NCBI GenBank assembly: GCA_948537335.1
Contig: CAOUJG010000005.1
Location: 2,580 to 66,579 of the forward strand
Length of the DNA stretch: 64,000 nt
From: an uncultured Eubacteriales bacterium
Lineage (GTDB): Bacteria; Bacillota; Clostridia; Oscillospirales; Acutalibacteraceae
Direction: 5' to 3'
Below the pieces are notes generated by a model. The model had not been told where the DNA came from and ran no database searches. It was given only the letters and a program-made list of their open reading frames with translations. The first letter of the stretch is position 1, and each line of letters opens with the position of its first letter. The translations under genes were made by a program, and so were the position numbers. Below, in pieces: positions 54,967 through 64,000 of this stretch.

Positions 54967-56099
54967 TGAAAGTGGCGAGCACGATGAGAATAATCTTTGC
55001 GGGCGGCGGTACGGCGGGGCACATAAACCCGGCTCTGGCCGTGGCGGAGTATGTAAAAGAAGTCCGACCAGACGCGCAGATGTTGTATGTTGGCGCGGTT
55101 GGCGGGATGGAAGAAAAGCTGGTGAAGCAGGCCGGACTAGACTTTAGAGGCATAAAAATTTCCGGATTCAGCCGAAAGCTTAATCTGGCGGGCTTAAAAA
55201 AGAATATAATAACGCTAAAGCGGGTTGTAACTGCAAGTTTGGAGTCAAAAAAGATAATCGAGCAGTTTAGGCCGGACATCTGTGTGGGTACAGGAGGCTA
55301 CGTGAGCGGGCCAATCTTGCGAAAGGCCGCGCAGATGGGCGTGCCGATAATAATCCACGAGCAAAACGCGTTTCCAGGCATCACAACGAAGATGCTGGCA
55401 CACAAAGCAGAGTGCGTGATGCTTGCGGTGGGGGAGGCGCGAAAATTTTTTGACAAAAGGTGCAAAATAGCGGTAACGGGGAACCCCATAAGGAAGGAAA
55501 TTGCCCAAATGACGCAGCAAGAAGCTCGCGCAAAGCTGAAGTTAGACAATCGGCCGGTGGTGCTGTCTTTTGGAGGTAGCTTGGGCGCCAGAAAAATTAA
55601 TGAGGCCGTGGTCGACTTGATCGCAGATACGGCAAGAACGGACAAATTCCAGCATATTCACGCTTTCGGGCAGTACGGGCAGTGGTTCTTGCCAGAGCTA
55701 GAGAAAAAAGGCGTCAAAATCTCGGCGCACCCGAATTTGGACATACGAGAGTACATCAGCAACATGCCAACATGCCTGGCCGCGGCCGATTTGGTCATCT
55801 GCCGGGCGGGAGCCATCACTCTGAGTGAGATTCAGGCGCAGGGCAAGGCTTCGATTTTGATTCCTTCACCAAACGTCGCAGAGAATCACCAGTACCACAA
55901 TGCAATGGCGCTTGTGAACAACCGCGCGGCGAGCATCCTAGAAGAGCGGGATTTAACCGGCCAATTGCTCATAAAAAAGGTGAATGAACTATTGTCGCAC
56001 CCCGAAACTATGCGAGAATTTCAGCAAAACGCGAAAAAAATGGCCATATATGACGCAAATCAGCGGATTTATTCTATAATAGAAAAAATAGTCGGATAG
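54966..56099 (+). CDS. murG: UDP-N-acetylglucosamine--N-acetylmuramyl-(pentapeptide) pyrophosphoryl-undecaprenol GlcNAc transferase
   Basis: 'IIFAGGGTAGHINPALAV'. The ATG overlaps the ftsW stop (TGATG). The ORF-track start at 54498 is an out-of-frame overlap with ftsW. Confidence 0.9.
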   Translation: MKVASTMRIIFAGGGTAGHINPALAVAEYVKEVRPDAQMLYVGAVGGMEEKLVKQAGLDFRGIKISGFSRKLNLAGLKKNIITLKRVVTASLESKKIIEQFRPDICVGTGGYVSGPILRKAAQMGVPIIIHEQNAFPGITTKMLAHKAECVMLAVGEARKFFDKRCKIAVTGNPIRKEIAQMTQQEARAKLKLDNRPVVLSFGGSLGARKINEAVVDLIADTARTDKFQHIHAFGQYGQWFLPELEKKGVKISAHPNLDIREYISNMPTCLAAADLVICRAGAITLSEIQAQGKASILIPSPNVAENHQYHNAMALVNNRAASILEERDLTGQLLIKKVNELLSHPETMREFQQNAKKMAIYDANQRIYSIIEKIVG

Positions 56100-56201
56100 C
56101 GGCTAAAGCGCGGCAAAATCGGATTCACCAAAACATCCCCGAGGGCATAGTATGAAATCAGTGAAACGCGGATAAAATACGTGCCGGACGGGGTGGTCGG
56201 A

Positions 56202-57461
56202 GTGGAGAGACTAGTAGTAGAACACGCAGAGCGGTTGTCGGGCGAGGTGGCGGTCCAGGGGTCCAAAAACAGCGCCCTACCGATATTGACGGCAACGCTC
56301 CTTTGCAATGGCATTTGCACCATTGAGAACTGTCCGGATTTGTCGGACGTGGACGTCACGCTGGAGATTTTAAAAGGCCTGGGAGCAAAAGTCTTAAAAG
56401 AAAAAAATAGCGTAATCGTAGATTCAACCGAGGTTTGCGGCTTTAAAATCTCGAAGGAAATGATGAAAAAAATAAGATCATCGATACTTTTTTTGGGCGC
56501 GCTGTCAGCAAGAATGGGTCGGGCGGAACTGTGTGTTCCAGGCGGATGCAAACTGGGCCCACGGCCGATAGATTGGCACCTGGCGGCGCTTTCGCATATG
56601 GGGCTAAAAATTGAAAACCAAGACAAAATGCTGTTTTGCGAGCTAGAGGACAGATTCAAAGGCGCAGAGATAACCCTGCCGCTTCCAAGCGTGGGGGCAA
56701 CGGAGAATATCATCTTAGCGGCGGTTTTGGCAAAGGGCACAACGATAATCCGCAACGCCGCGCGAGAGCCAGAAATTTGCGATTTGTGCGATTTTTTGAT
56801 AAAATGTGGAGCAAGGATAGAAGGAGCCGGCCAGAGCGAGGTTAGGATAGTGGGCGTTGAGAGATTGTCCGGTACGGAGCATAGGGTCATCCCTGACAGA
56901 ATCGTAGCGGTGACCTTTTTGGCAGCAGCGGCGGCCGTGGGCGGAGACGTAACGGTGCAAAGCGTAGCTCCAGCACATATGCAGAGCATGTTGGATGTCT
57001 TTAAGAAGATCGGGTGCGATGTGAATGTGGCCGCAAAATCTGTGAAGATCTTGGCAAAAGACAAAAAATTGGCGCCGATTAGGGAAATTGTGACGAAGCC
57101 TTACCCCGGATTCCCAACAGATGCGCAGGCTTTGTTTATGGTTTTGGCTTCTATTTCCGATGGCAGCTGCATGTTTGTCGAGAATATCTTCAAAAACCGT
57201 TATAAACACGCAGAAGAGCTCGTAAAGATGGGCGCAGACATTAAGGTGATGGACAAAATAGCGGTGGTAAAGGGCGTGGATGAGCTGTGTGGAGAAGAAA
57301 CCCTAGAGGCGAAGGACTTGAGAGGGGCAGCAGCTTTGGTGATTGCCGCAATGGCCGCGGACGGAAGGACTACTATAACCGGGGTGGAGCATCTGGACAG
57401 AGGTTATGAGGACTTTGAGCAAAACCTGCGGCGCTTGGGAGCGAATATAAAGAGGATCTAA
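56202..57461 (+). CDS. murA: UDP-N-acetylglucosamine 1-carboxyvinyltransferase
   Basis: 'GSKNSALPIL' and the active-site region 'PGGCKLGPRPIDWH'. GTG start, exact position uncertain (56181-56202). Confidence 0.9.
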   Translation: MERLVVEHAERLSGEVAVQGSKNSALPILTATLLCNGICTIENCPDLSDVDVTLEILKGLGAKVLKEKNSVIVDSTEVCGFKISKEMMKKIRSSILFLGALSARMGRAELCVPGGCKLGPRPIDWHLAALSHMGLKIENQDKMLFCELEDRFKGAEITLPLPSVGATENIILAAVLAKGTTIIRNAAREPEICDLCDFLIKCGARIEGAGQSEVRIVGVERLSGTEHRVIPDRIVAVTFLAAAAAVGGDVTVQSVAPAHMQSMLDVFKKIGCDVNVAAKSVKILAKDKKLAPIREIVTKPYPGFPTDAQALFMVLASISDGSCMFVENIFKNRYKHAEELVKMGADIKVMDKIAVVKGVDELCGEETLEAKDLRGAAALVIAAMAADGRTTITGVEHLDRGYEDFEQNLRRLGANIKRI

Positions 57462-57467
57462 GATTTT

Positions 57468-58268
57468 ATGAAGAAGTTTAAACAGAAAAAAAGACCGGCA
57501 AAGGTCAAAAATGCGAACTTGGCGATTAACTATAAAATAAGGTCACGGCTGATTTATTGCGCGATATTTTGCGCGATTTCTGCTGTGTGCTTGTTTTTTT
57601 CTTCGATGATTCTTTTTCGGACGAAGTACATAGACGTCAACACCAATGACATTGACGCGGCCGCAAGGGGCGCGGTTTACGAAAATTTGGGGATAAATCG
57701 AGGCGACAATCTTCTTCTAATAGACGAAAACGCAGTTAGCAAGAGGCTTGAGGACGCGATTGTGGACGTGGATTGCGTAGAGATCGAAAAAAAGTTTCCG
57801 GACGCCATTTTCATAAACGTGAAGAGGGCAAACAAAGCGTTTGACATAGAGTCTGCTGGCGGGGAGTACATTGCAGTAAGCAGCAAGGGCAAGGTTTTAG
57901 CGGTCTCGGATGCCCACGAAGAGGGACTGATTCTTTTAAAGGGGACGGAGCCGGAGTCCTTTGAGGTTGGCAGAAAGGTTACATATAAGGATAAGTCGGT
58001 GGAGAAGAAGATATCGGAGTTTATTGAAATGATGAACGCGAATAATCTTGAAAAAACGACGGAAATAGACTTTAATAATGGGCATTTGTTCTTTGCCACT
58101 TACGACGGCCGGGTGAGGATAAACTTTGGATTTTACGAGAATATGGACTATAAAATAAAGACGGCGGCCGAGATCATAAATACGAAGCTGGGCGCGGCAG
58201 AAAGCGGAACGCTGGATCTTGCGGAAGTTTTTGAAGAAAACCGGTCGTATTTTACACCAAACTATTAA
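57468..58268 (+). CDS. ftsQ: FtsQ/DivIB-type cell division protein
   Basis: A basic N-terminus and TM helix are followed by a POTRA-like region 'IDVNTNDI...', in the position before ftsZ. Confidence 0.7.
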   Translation: MKKFKQKKRPAKVKNANLAINYKIRSRLIYCAIFCAISAVCLFFSSMILFRTKYIDVNTNDIDAAARGAVYENLGINRGDNLLLIDENAVSKRLEDAIVDVDCVEIEKKFPDAIFINVKRANKAFDIESAGGEYIAVSSKGKVLAVSDAHEEGLILLKGTEPESFEVGRKVTYKDKSVEKKISEFIEMMNANNLEKTTEIDFNNGHLFFATYDGRVRINFGFYENMDYKIKTAAEIINTKLGAAESGTLDLAEVFEENRSYFTPNY

Positions 58269-58505
58269 TTTTTGCCCTTTATTTTCTAAATGTGATATAA
58301 TTTTCGCAACTATAATTTGGCTTGCAGATAGTGAAAACCCGCCAAATCGATGGTGAGAATGTATACAAAATTCATTTTTTGTGCTAAAAAAGAAATAAAT
58401 TTTATTAAATATCTTGAAATTTTTATAGTAATGTGTTAAATTAAAAAATGAGATGGTTTGTAGGTTTTTATATGGAAGATATTTGTAAAACAGGAGGTAC
58501 ATTAA

Positions 58506-59690
58506 ATGCCATTTGAGTTGGAAAATAATTTGGATAATATAGTTCAGATCAAGGTTATAGGAGTAGGTGGTGGCGGCGGCAATGCTCTCGATAGAATGGT
58601 GGCTTCGGGGCTTAAGTGCGTTGATTTTGTTACTGTTAACACGGACAAGCAGGCCCTGCAGCGCTCGAAGGCCGGCACTAAGATTCAAATAGGAGAAAAA
58701 ATTACAAACGGAAAAGGCGCAGGTTCTAAGCCGGAAATTGGCCAAAAATCGGCAGAAGAAAGCCGTGAGGAAATCGCCCAAGCCATAAAAGGAACAGACA
58801 TGGTTTTCATCACAGCCGGAATGGGCGGCGGAACGGGAACGGGCGCAGCTCCAGTTGTTGCTAAAATCGCTAGAGAAATGGGCATTTTGACTATTGGAAT
58901 CGTGACGAAGCCGTTTGCGTTTGAGGGTAAGCGAAGAATGGAGCAGGCCGAAAACGGGATCGCTAACCTTAGAGAACACGTGGATTCTTTGGTGATAATC
59001 CCGAACGAACGGCTAAAATATGCCAGCGAACAGAGGATAACGCTGCTTAATGCCTTTTCTGTCGCGGATGATGTTTTGCGCCAAGGCGTGCAGAGCATTT
59101 CGGACTTAATCTTGTTGCCGGGACTTGTTAACTTGGACTTTGCAGACGTAACTGCCGTTATGAAGGACGCCGGGTACGCACACATGGGCGTTGGAAGGGC
59201 TTCTGGCAAGGACAAAGCCGAAGCGGCGGCCAATATGGCGATCTCGAGCCCGCTTTTGGAGACGGCAATAAACGGCGCAAAGGGCGTCATAATAAACATC
59301 ACTTCTTCGCCGGACATTGGCTTGGATGAGATTGAAACGGCTTCTACGATGATTGCAGAGCAGGCCGACCAAGAGGCAAACATCATATGGGGTGCGGCTT
59401 TTGACGAAAACATGGAAGACGAAATGAGTGTCACTGTGATTGCTACGGGATTTTCTGACGTATCAAGTCCAAAGTCTGACCCAAAGTTAGCCTATGCAGG
59501 CAAATTTGTTAATAATAAAAATGAAAAACATCCGATTACCGCGGGGGCAAGCAGTAACTCAGAGAGCAAAACTAGCGATGATTCGGATAAGTACCTAAAA
59601 GAGACCAGGCCCGGCCAAGCTGTGAGCTTTGAGGAAGAAGACGACACCTTTTACGATATAATGTCAATCTTTAACCGCAAGCAAAATTAA
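58506..59690 (+). CDS. ftsZ: Cell division protein FtsZ
   Basis: '[13 protein letters not shown]' and '[15 protein letters not shown]'. A strong AGGAGG RBS precedes the start. Confidence 0.97.
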   Translation: MPFELENNLDNIVQIKVIGVGGGGGNALDRMVASGLKCVDFVTVNTDKQALQRSKAGTKIQIGEKITNGKGAGSKPEIGQKSAEESREEIAQAIKGTDMVFITAGMGGGTGTGAAPVVAKIAREMGILTIGIVTKPFAFEGKRRMEQAENGIANLREHVDSLVIIPNERLKYASEQRITLLNAFSVADDVLRQGVQSISDLILLPGLVNLDFADVTAVMKDAGYAHMGVGRASGKDKAEAAANMAISSPLLETAINGAKGVIINITSSPDIGLDEIETASTMIAEQADQEANIIWGAAFDENMEDEMSVTVIATGFSDVSSPKSDPKLAYAGKFVNNKNEKHPITAGASSNSESKTSDDSDKYLKETRPGQAVSFEEEDDTFYDIMSIFNRKQN

Positions 59691-59720
59691 AGCTGTGGCG
59701 GCACATTGGCGCATGGCACA

Positions 59721-59757
59721 AAAAATAAACCCGCACTAAATCTAAGTGCGGGCTTTT
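59721..59757. terminator. Bidirectional terminator between ftsZ and spoVS
   Basis: CCCGCACT...AGTGCGGG stem flanked by an A-run and a T-run. Confidence 0.75.
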
Positions 59758-59779
59758 CGTTTGCTGCTTACGATATTGC

Positions 59780-60040
59780 TTACTTCGTTTCTACCACGAG
59801 TTTAACGGCTGTGCGGTCCTCGCCATCGATGGTAACGTTCACGAATGCCGGGATGCAAATCAGCTCGACCCCGGTGGGTGCCAGATACCCTCGCGCAATG
59901 GCGATGGCTTTGATGGCCTGATTAACCGCGCTGGCTCCAACTGCCTGAATTTCTACAGAATTATGTTCACGTATAACGCCAGCAATCGCGCCAGCAACGG
60001 AATTTGGAGCCGACTTTGACGAAACTTTTAGAATTTCCAT
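59780..60040 (-). CDS. spoVS: Stage V sporulation protein S
   Basis: 'MEILKVSSKSAPNSVAGAIAGVIRE...AVGASAVNQAIKAIAIARGYL'. Confidence 0.95.
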   Translation of the reverse strand: MEILKVSSKSAPNSVAGAIAGVIREHNSVEIQAVGASAVNQAIKAIAIARGYLAPTGVELICIPAFVNVTIDGEDRTAVKLVVETK

Positions 60041-60252
60041 ATTAAATCCTCCATTTTTAGTATTATATTACGTCTTCAATAATATAATATATGCAATTTT
60101 TATATTTTGCAATAGATTTTTGAATAAAATTTATGTTATTTTTCATTTTCGTTAAATCCTATCGAAAGACAAGGTAATTTTTTATTATTTGCCAAGGGAG
60201 CAAAAATAAACAACAATTTATCACAAATATTTTGTGCGAAATTTGCATAAAA

Positions 60253-61029
60253 TTATCCAGTAATTGTCAGACGATTTACACTTTGCGTTTTTTTGGTAGA
60301 CTCATCAATGTCAAAAATTATACAATCCACCTTACATTTTCCAGTTGCGTTTTCAAACCGAACGGGCATCTTTGTCTTAATCTTCCTAATCACCAGGTCA
60401 ACCCGCACGCCAAGGGCAGAGTCAATCACGCCAGCCATGCCAACGTCAGTAATATAGCCGGTTCCGCGCGGAAGAATGCATTCGTCGGCGGTGGGAACGT
60501 GAGTGTGCGTGCCAAAAAGGGCAGAGATCCGGCCGTCAAGATAAAACCCTAAAGCTCGCTTTTCGGAAGTCGCTTCGGCATGGAAGTCCACAATGACAAT
60601 GGCGTCGCTACCGGCATTTGCAAGGATCCGATCGGCGGTTTTAAAGGGACAATCGAGGTTCTCCATAAATATTGTGCCCATAAGATTGATGACAACCAAC
60701 TTGTTTTTGTTGACGTCCAGGGTGCAAACGCCGCTGCCGGGGGTGCTTCTGGAGGGGTAGTTAGCTGGCCGAATCAGGCGAGGCTCGTTGCCAAAGGTTT
60801 TAAAGATCTCGCGACGTCTAAAAGAGTGATTCCCCGCCGTAATGACGTCCACGCCGCTTTTAAAAAGATAATCGGCAGAAAATGGGGTAATCCCGTTCCC
60901 GTCGGCCGAATTTTCTCCATTCGCAATAACCAAATCTATTCCATGGGCTTTCCTCAAGCCGGCGAGCTGTTCCCGCAAAAAATTACAACCGATGCTGCCC
61001 ACAACATCGCCAATAGCAAGCACTTTCAT
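60253..61029 (-). CDS. ymdB: YmdB-like metallophosphoesterase (TIGR00282-type)
   Basis: 'MKVLAIGDVVG' and 'DLVIANGENSADGNGIT'. It lies upstream of spoVS, as in Bacillus. Confidence 0.85.
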   Translation of the reverse strand: MKVLAIGDVVGSIGCNFLREQLAGLRKAHGIDLVIANGENSADGNGITPFSADYLFKSGVDVITAGNHSFRRREIFKTFGNEPRLIRPANYPSRSTPGSGVCTLDVNKNKLVVINLMGTIFMENLDCPFKTADRILANAGSDAIVIVDFHAEATSEKRALGFYLDGRISALFGTHTHVPTADECILPRGTGYITDVGMAGVIDSALGVRVDLVIRKIKTKMPVRFENATGKCKVDCIIFDIDESTKKTQSVNRLTITG

Positions 61030-61116
61030 TACAATCAGCCCTTTTCAATGCATTATTTAAAATTATACCATAAAGTCACCAAAAAAGCGACGCGCAGTGG
61101 TGTTAAAAAAGGTAAG

Positions 61117-61689
61117 CTATCTAAAAAGTGGCTGAATTTGGTACCCCATAAATGCCGACTCCATCGCTGGAACGATAAGATCAAAGTGCGCGACCAAGGA
61201 GGCCGGCTTTTTGATGGGATCATCTTGGGACATGGGCACAAAATAAAAATTTTTTCTGCTAAGCATCGCACCAAGATTTTGAGCGCATCCGGCAAGTCCG
61301 TCGTTTGTGGCAAGCGCGATAAGAACGGGACGCTGGCCTCGCAGATGAGATTTTACGGCCATCGTTACAGATGTGTCTATTGTAGAATTTGTGAGCTTAC
61401 TTAGAGTATTCCCGGTGCACGGCGCAATAATCATGATGTCCGTTAATTTTTTGGGCCCAATCGGCTCCGCCCGTTCTATAGTGTGGATTATTTCCTTTTG
61501 ACAAATGCTCTCTATTTTTTTTCGAAAGTCCGCAGCCTTGCCAAATCTGGTGTCGGTGAAGTACGCGGTGTGAGACATAATGGGCAAAACGTCGTACCCC
61601 GAGTCTGCCAGCAGTTCCATTTGAGGGATAGCCCTTGAAAACGTGCAAAAAGAGCCGCACATAGCAAAGCCGACCTTTATATCGATCAT
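61117..61689 (-). CDS. dpaB: Dipicolinate synthase subunit B
   Basis: The flavoprotein-like 'VGFAMCGSFCTF' is present, and the gene overlaps the dpaA stop. Confidence 0.85.
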   Translation of the reverse strand: MIDIKVGFAMCGSFCTFSRAIPQMELLADSGYDVLPIMSHTAYFTDTRFGKAADFRKKIESICQKEIIHTIERAEPIGPKKLTDIMIIAPCTGNTLSKLTNSTIDTSVTMAVKSHLRGQRPVLIALATNDGLAGCAQNLGAMLSRKNFYFVPMSQDDPIKKPASLVAHFDLIVPAMESAFMGYQIQPLFR

Positions 61690-62567
61690 AATTGACCCTC
61701 CTCAATCATGTTGTATATCGTGTTTTTTATGATTTCTCCGGCCGCCCGCGGCGCAACCTTGCCGGGCAACGCCAAAGCCTGTATCGCCTTGATTTTAAGC
61801 TTCCTAGCAGCGTCAAAGTCAACTCCACCGGGCAGAGAAGCTAAGTCGATTATAACTGCGTTTTTGGGGAGCCTAGCAAGAACATCAGCGTCAAAAATCA
61901 AGCTTGGAATAGTGTTAAAAATAATGTCAAAGTCCACACTGCCGGAGCTTGCAGAAGCAAGACTTGCCGTCAGCACGGCCGAGTAGCCCAGCAAATTTAT
62001 CCAAGCAATGTCTTTGGGCTTTCTAGCGCTAGCCGTAACCTTGGCACCGATCCCTTTCAACATTTTGCTCAAAACCTTGCCGATCCGCCCAAACCCCGTA
62101 ACCAGGCACCGGGAGCCATTAATAGTCCCGCTGTATTCTTGCATAGCGATTTGGATGGCCCCTTCTGCCGTAGGGATGGCGTTATTCACGGCGAATTCTT
62201 CTCTTTTAGAATAATCATATAACTGCATGTTGCTAAAGATCGGGCTGGCGGCGATTAAGTCTTCGGCCCTTGCGCAGAATATTTTTTTGTCAAACATAGT
62301 TTTAGCGAATCCATCGTCAACCGCGATTTGTGTACGAGAGTGCGGTGCGTTTAAATAGCCATCCGAAGTAGTTGCAGGTACCGGCAGGATGATATAATCG
62401 CTCATTTTTACAGCGTCTTTTAAACTTGCCGTTGTGATGCCGCTTTTCAGGCCAGCATTTTCAAACCCAACAGCGCAAACATTATAGCCGTCCGACAAAA
62501 TACTTTCAGCCATCGCCACCTGGCGCTTGTCGCCACCAATTATTGCAAAAGTATCTATGCCACTCAT
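61686..62567 (-). CDS. dpaA: Dipicolinate synthase subunit A
   Basis: 'FAIIGGDKRQ' and a Rossmann-type 'VTGFGRIGK'. GGAGGT RBS. Confidence 0.85.
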   Translation of the reverse strand: MSGIDTFAIIGGDKRQVAMAESILSDGYNVCAVGFENAGLKSGITTASLKDAVKMSDYIILPVPATTSDGYLNAPHSRTQIAVDDGFAKTMFDKKIFCARAEDLIAASPIFSNMQLYDYSKREEFAVNNAIPTAEGAIQIAMQEYSGTINGSRCLVTGFGRIGKVLSKMLKGIGAKVTASARKPKDIAWINLLGYSAVLTASLASASSGSVDFDIIFNTIPSLIFDADVLARLPKNAVIIDLASLPGGVDFDAARKLKIKAIQALALPGKVAPRAAGEIIKNTIYNMIEEGQL

Positions 62568-62768
62568 ATTGCCTTACCTCCATCATTCACAACATAATAT
62601 GGCCGCGGGGTGAGGCGTGTTACAACAACAGGCAAAACGAGGGTATCACATTTTATGGGCATATAATCAAAAAAGTAAAAAACTATTTATTTCTGGGCAA
62701 AATCGCAATATAATAGTACTATGGAGCGTGAAAGCTGGTTTTAATTTGACAAAAGGTGTGAATTTGGG

Positions 62769-64000
62769 TTGAGCAATATTGAGAATATTTTGAATAGTGC
62801 AAAGAACATACATTTCATCGGGATAGGCGGCTCCGGAATGTGCCCCATGGCAGAGATTCTGCTGGACAAAGGCTACAATATAACAGGGTCCGATAATTAT
62901 ATCTCGGATACCCTGCAAAGGCTCATAGACAAGGGAATGAAGGTCTACACAGAGCATAGCGCCGCAAACGTGAATGGGGCCGAATTGGTGGTATACTCGG
63001 CCGCAATAAAAGAAGACAATGTGGAGAGGGCAGAGGCCGCAAAGAGAGGGCTCCCATGCATAGAGCGCGCAGTGATGCTGGGGCTTTTGTGCGCAAAATA
63101 TAAGAATACCGTAGCAGTGTCGGGCACGCACGGCAAAACCACCACAACCGCGATGATAACTCAGATTTTAACAATGGCAAAAAAAGATCCGAGCGCGATA
63201 ATCGGCGGAAAGCTGCCGGCAATAAACGGCAACAGCAGAACGGGCAAGTCGGGCATAATAGTGTGCGAAGCGTGCGAGTATGTGGACTCCTTTTTGCAGA
63301 TCACGCCGTCGATAGCGGTAATAACGAACGTGGAGGCGGATCACCTTGACTATTTTGGAAACCTCGAGAATGTGATAAACTCGTTCAACAAGTTTGCGAA
63401 AAAGGCCAAGGAGCTCGTGGTCATAAACGGAGAAGATGAAAATTCTGTCCTTGCGGCGAAAAACGTGAGTGCACCGGTCGTGACTTTTGGTGAGTCGAAG
63501 AAAAACACCTATTATGCCGAGAATATTTCTGAAGAGAACGTGGCCTTCCCGAGCTTCGATTTGATGAAGGGCGGAAAGAAGCTTGCAGCGATAAAACTAG
63601 CAGTGCCGGGCAAATATAATGTTTATAATGCCCTTGCTGCAGCAACAGTTGCCGATTGCTTGGGGGTTTTGCCGGAAGACATATCCAAAGCGCTTGGCGA
63701 GTTCACCGGAGTGCATCGCCGGTTTGAGGTGCTTGGTCGGCCTCATGGTATCACCGTTGCGGACGATTTTGCGCATCACCCAACGGAGATAACCTCGGTG
63801 TTGACGGCCGCTAAAAAGATGGGATTCAAGCGGGTTATTGCGGTGTTTCAGCCGCACACATATTCTCGCACGGCGGCATTCCTGGATGAATTTGCAGAGT
63901 CGCTGTCCATTGCGGATATTCCCGTCTTGTCCGAGATCTTGGCCGTCCGCGAGGTAAACACCTATAACATTAAGTCCGAAGACCTGGCGGCAAAGCTTGA
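62769..64000 (+). CDS. murC: UDP-N-acetylmuramate--L-alanine ligase, N-terminal ~410 codons; it continues past the window edge and is not in the ORF track
   Basis: My own translation gives 'NIHFIGIGGSGMCPMAEILLDKGYNITGSD' and 'VAVSGTHGKTTTTAMI'. The first in-frame start candidate is TTG 62769, after AAGGTG. Confidence 0.85.
   Translation, partial: MSNIENILNSAKNIHFIGIGGSGMCPMAEILLDKGYNITGSDNYISDTLQRLIDKGMKVYTEHSAANVNGAELVVYSAAIKEDNVERAEAAKRGLPCIERAVMLGLLCAKYKNTVAVSGTHGKTTTTAMITQILTMAKKDPSAIIGGKLPAINGNSRTGKSGIIVCEACEYVDSFLQITPSIAVITNVEADHLDYFGNLENVINSFNKFAKKAKELVVINGEDENSVLAAKNVSAPVVTFGESKKNTYYAENISEENVAFPSFDLMKGGKKLAAIKLAVPGKYNVYNALAAATVADCLGVLPEDISKALGEFTGVHRRFEVLGRPHGITVADDFAHHPTEITSVLTAAKKMGFKRVIAVFQPHTYSRTAAFLDEFAESLSIADIPVLSEILAVREVNTYNIKSEDLAAKL

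Noticed and set aside
60061-60089. A 10-bp perfect inverted repeat TATTATATTA-N9-TAATATAATA in the spoVS upstream region
   Set aside because: It is composed entirely of A/T within a very AT-rich spacer. It could easily arise by chance and would form a weak hairpin.
62667-63222. Several 66-154-aa minus-strand ORFs at the right end of the window
   Set aside because: All lie antisense to murC, whose forward-strand translation shows the Mur ligase motifs. The ORF track omits murC only because it has no stop codon within the window.

Overview
A 64 kb chromosomal segment from an endospore-forming Firmicute, Clostridia-like by gene content. Most of it is core housekeeping. It begins with the 3' end of a sporulation-type sigma factor, then thyX-tmk-mltG-U32 peptidase. 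Next come a type IIA topoisomerase B/A pair and ddl-murI-DUF1934-argS on the minus strand, followed by rpmG-secE-nusG-rplK-rplA. A set of nucleotide and envelope genes follows (comEA, galU, dCMP deaminase, rsmA), then a pair of M16 peptidases, lgt and lepA. A division/cell-wall (dcw) cluster runs mraZ-rsmH-ftsL-PBP-mraY-ftsW-murG-murA-ftsQ-ftsZ, and murC runs off the right edge. Sporulation genes are scattered throughout: an alpha/beta SASP, spoVM, a SpoVID/SipL-like gene, spoIVA, pdaA, spoVS, ymdB and dpaAB. Three tRNAs are present: Ser-GGA, Glu-UUC and Met-CAU. I saw no rRNA, CRISPR array, integrase or transposase, and no recognisable multi-gene defence or biosynthetic system. The items most worth a second look are small or non-coding. 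(1) An orphan, independently transcribed 74-aa peptide with a textbook double-glycine leader and a 4-Cys core sits between pdaA and corA. (2) The corA leader has a Pro-containing upstream ORF and mutually exclusive hairpins over the corA Shine-Dalgarno sequence. (3) A roughly 260 nt purine-rich tract with CAAGAG repeats and no ORF lies between nusG and rplK. (4) An L1-stalk-like RNA motif occurs upstream of both rplK and rplA. (5) spoVM was missed by the ORF track, and a 47-aa membrane ORF sits next to sipL-spoIVA-pdaA. (6) A SEDS protein is fused to an FHA domain and paired with a class B PBP. (7) An ABC-2 exporter is driven by a consensus promoter followed by a perfect 16-bp palindrome. (8) A sortase B is paired with an LPXTG beta-helix protein. 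(9) The dcw cluster has an atypical gene content. Functional calls rest on motifs I recognise by eye. No database search was possible.
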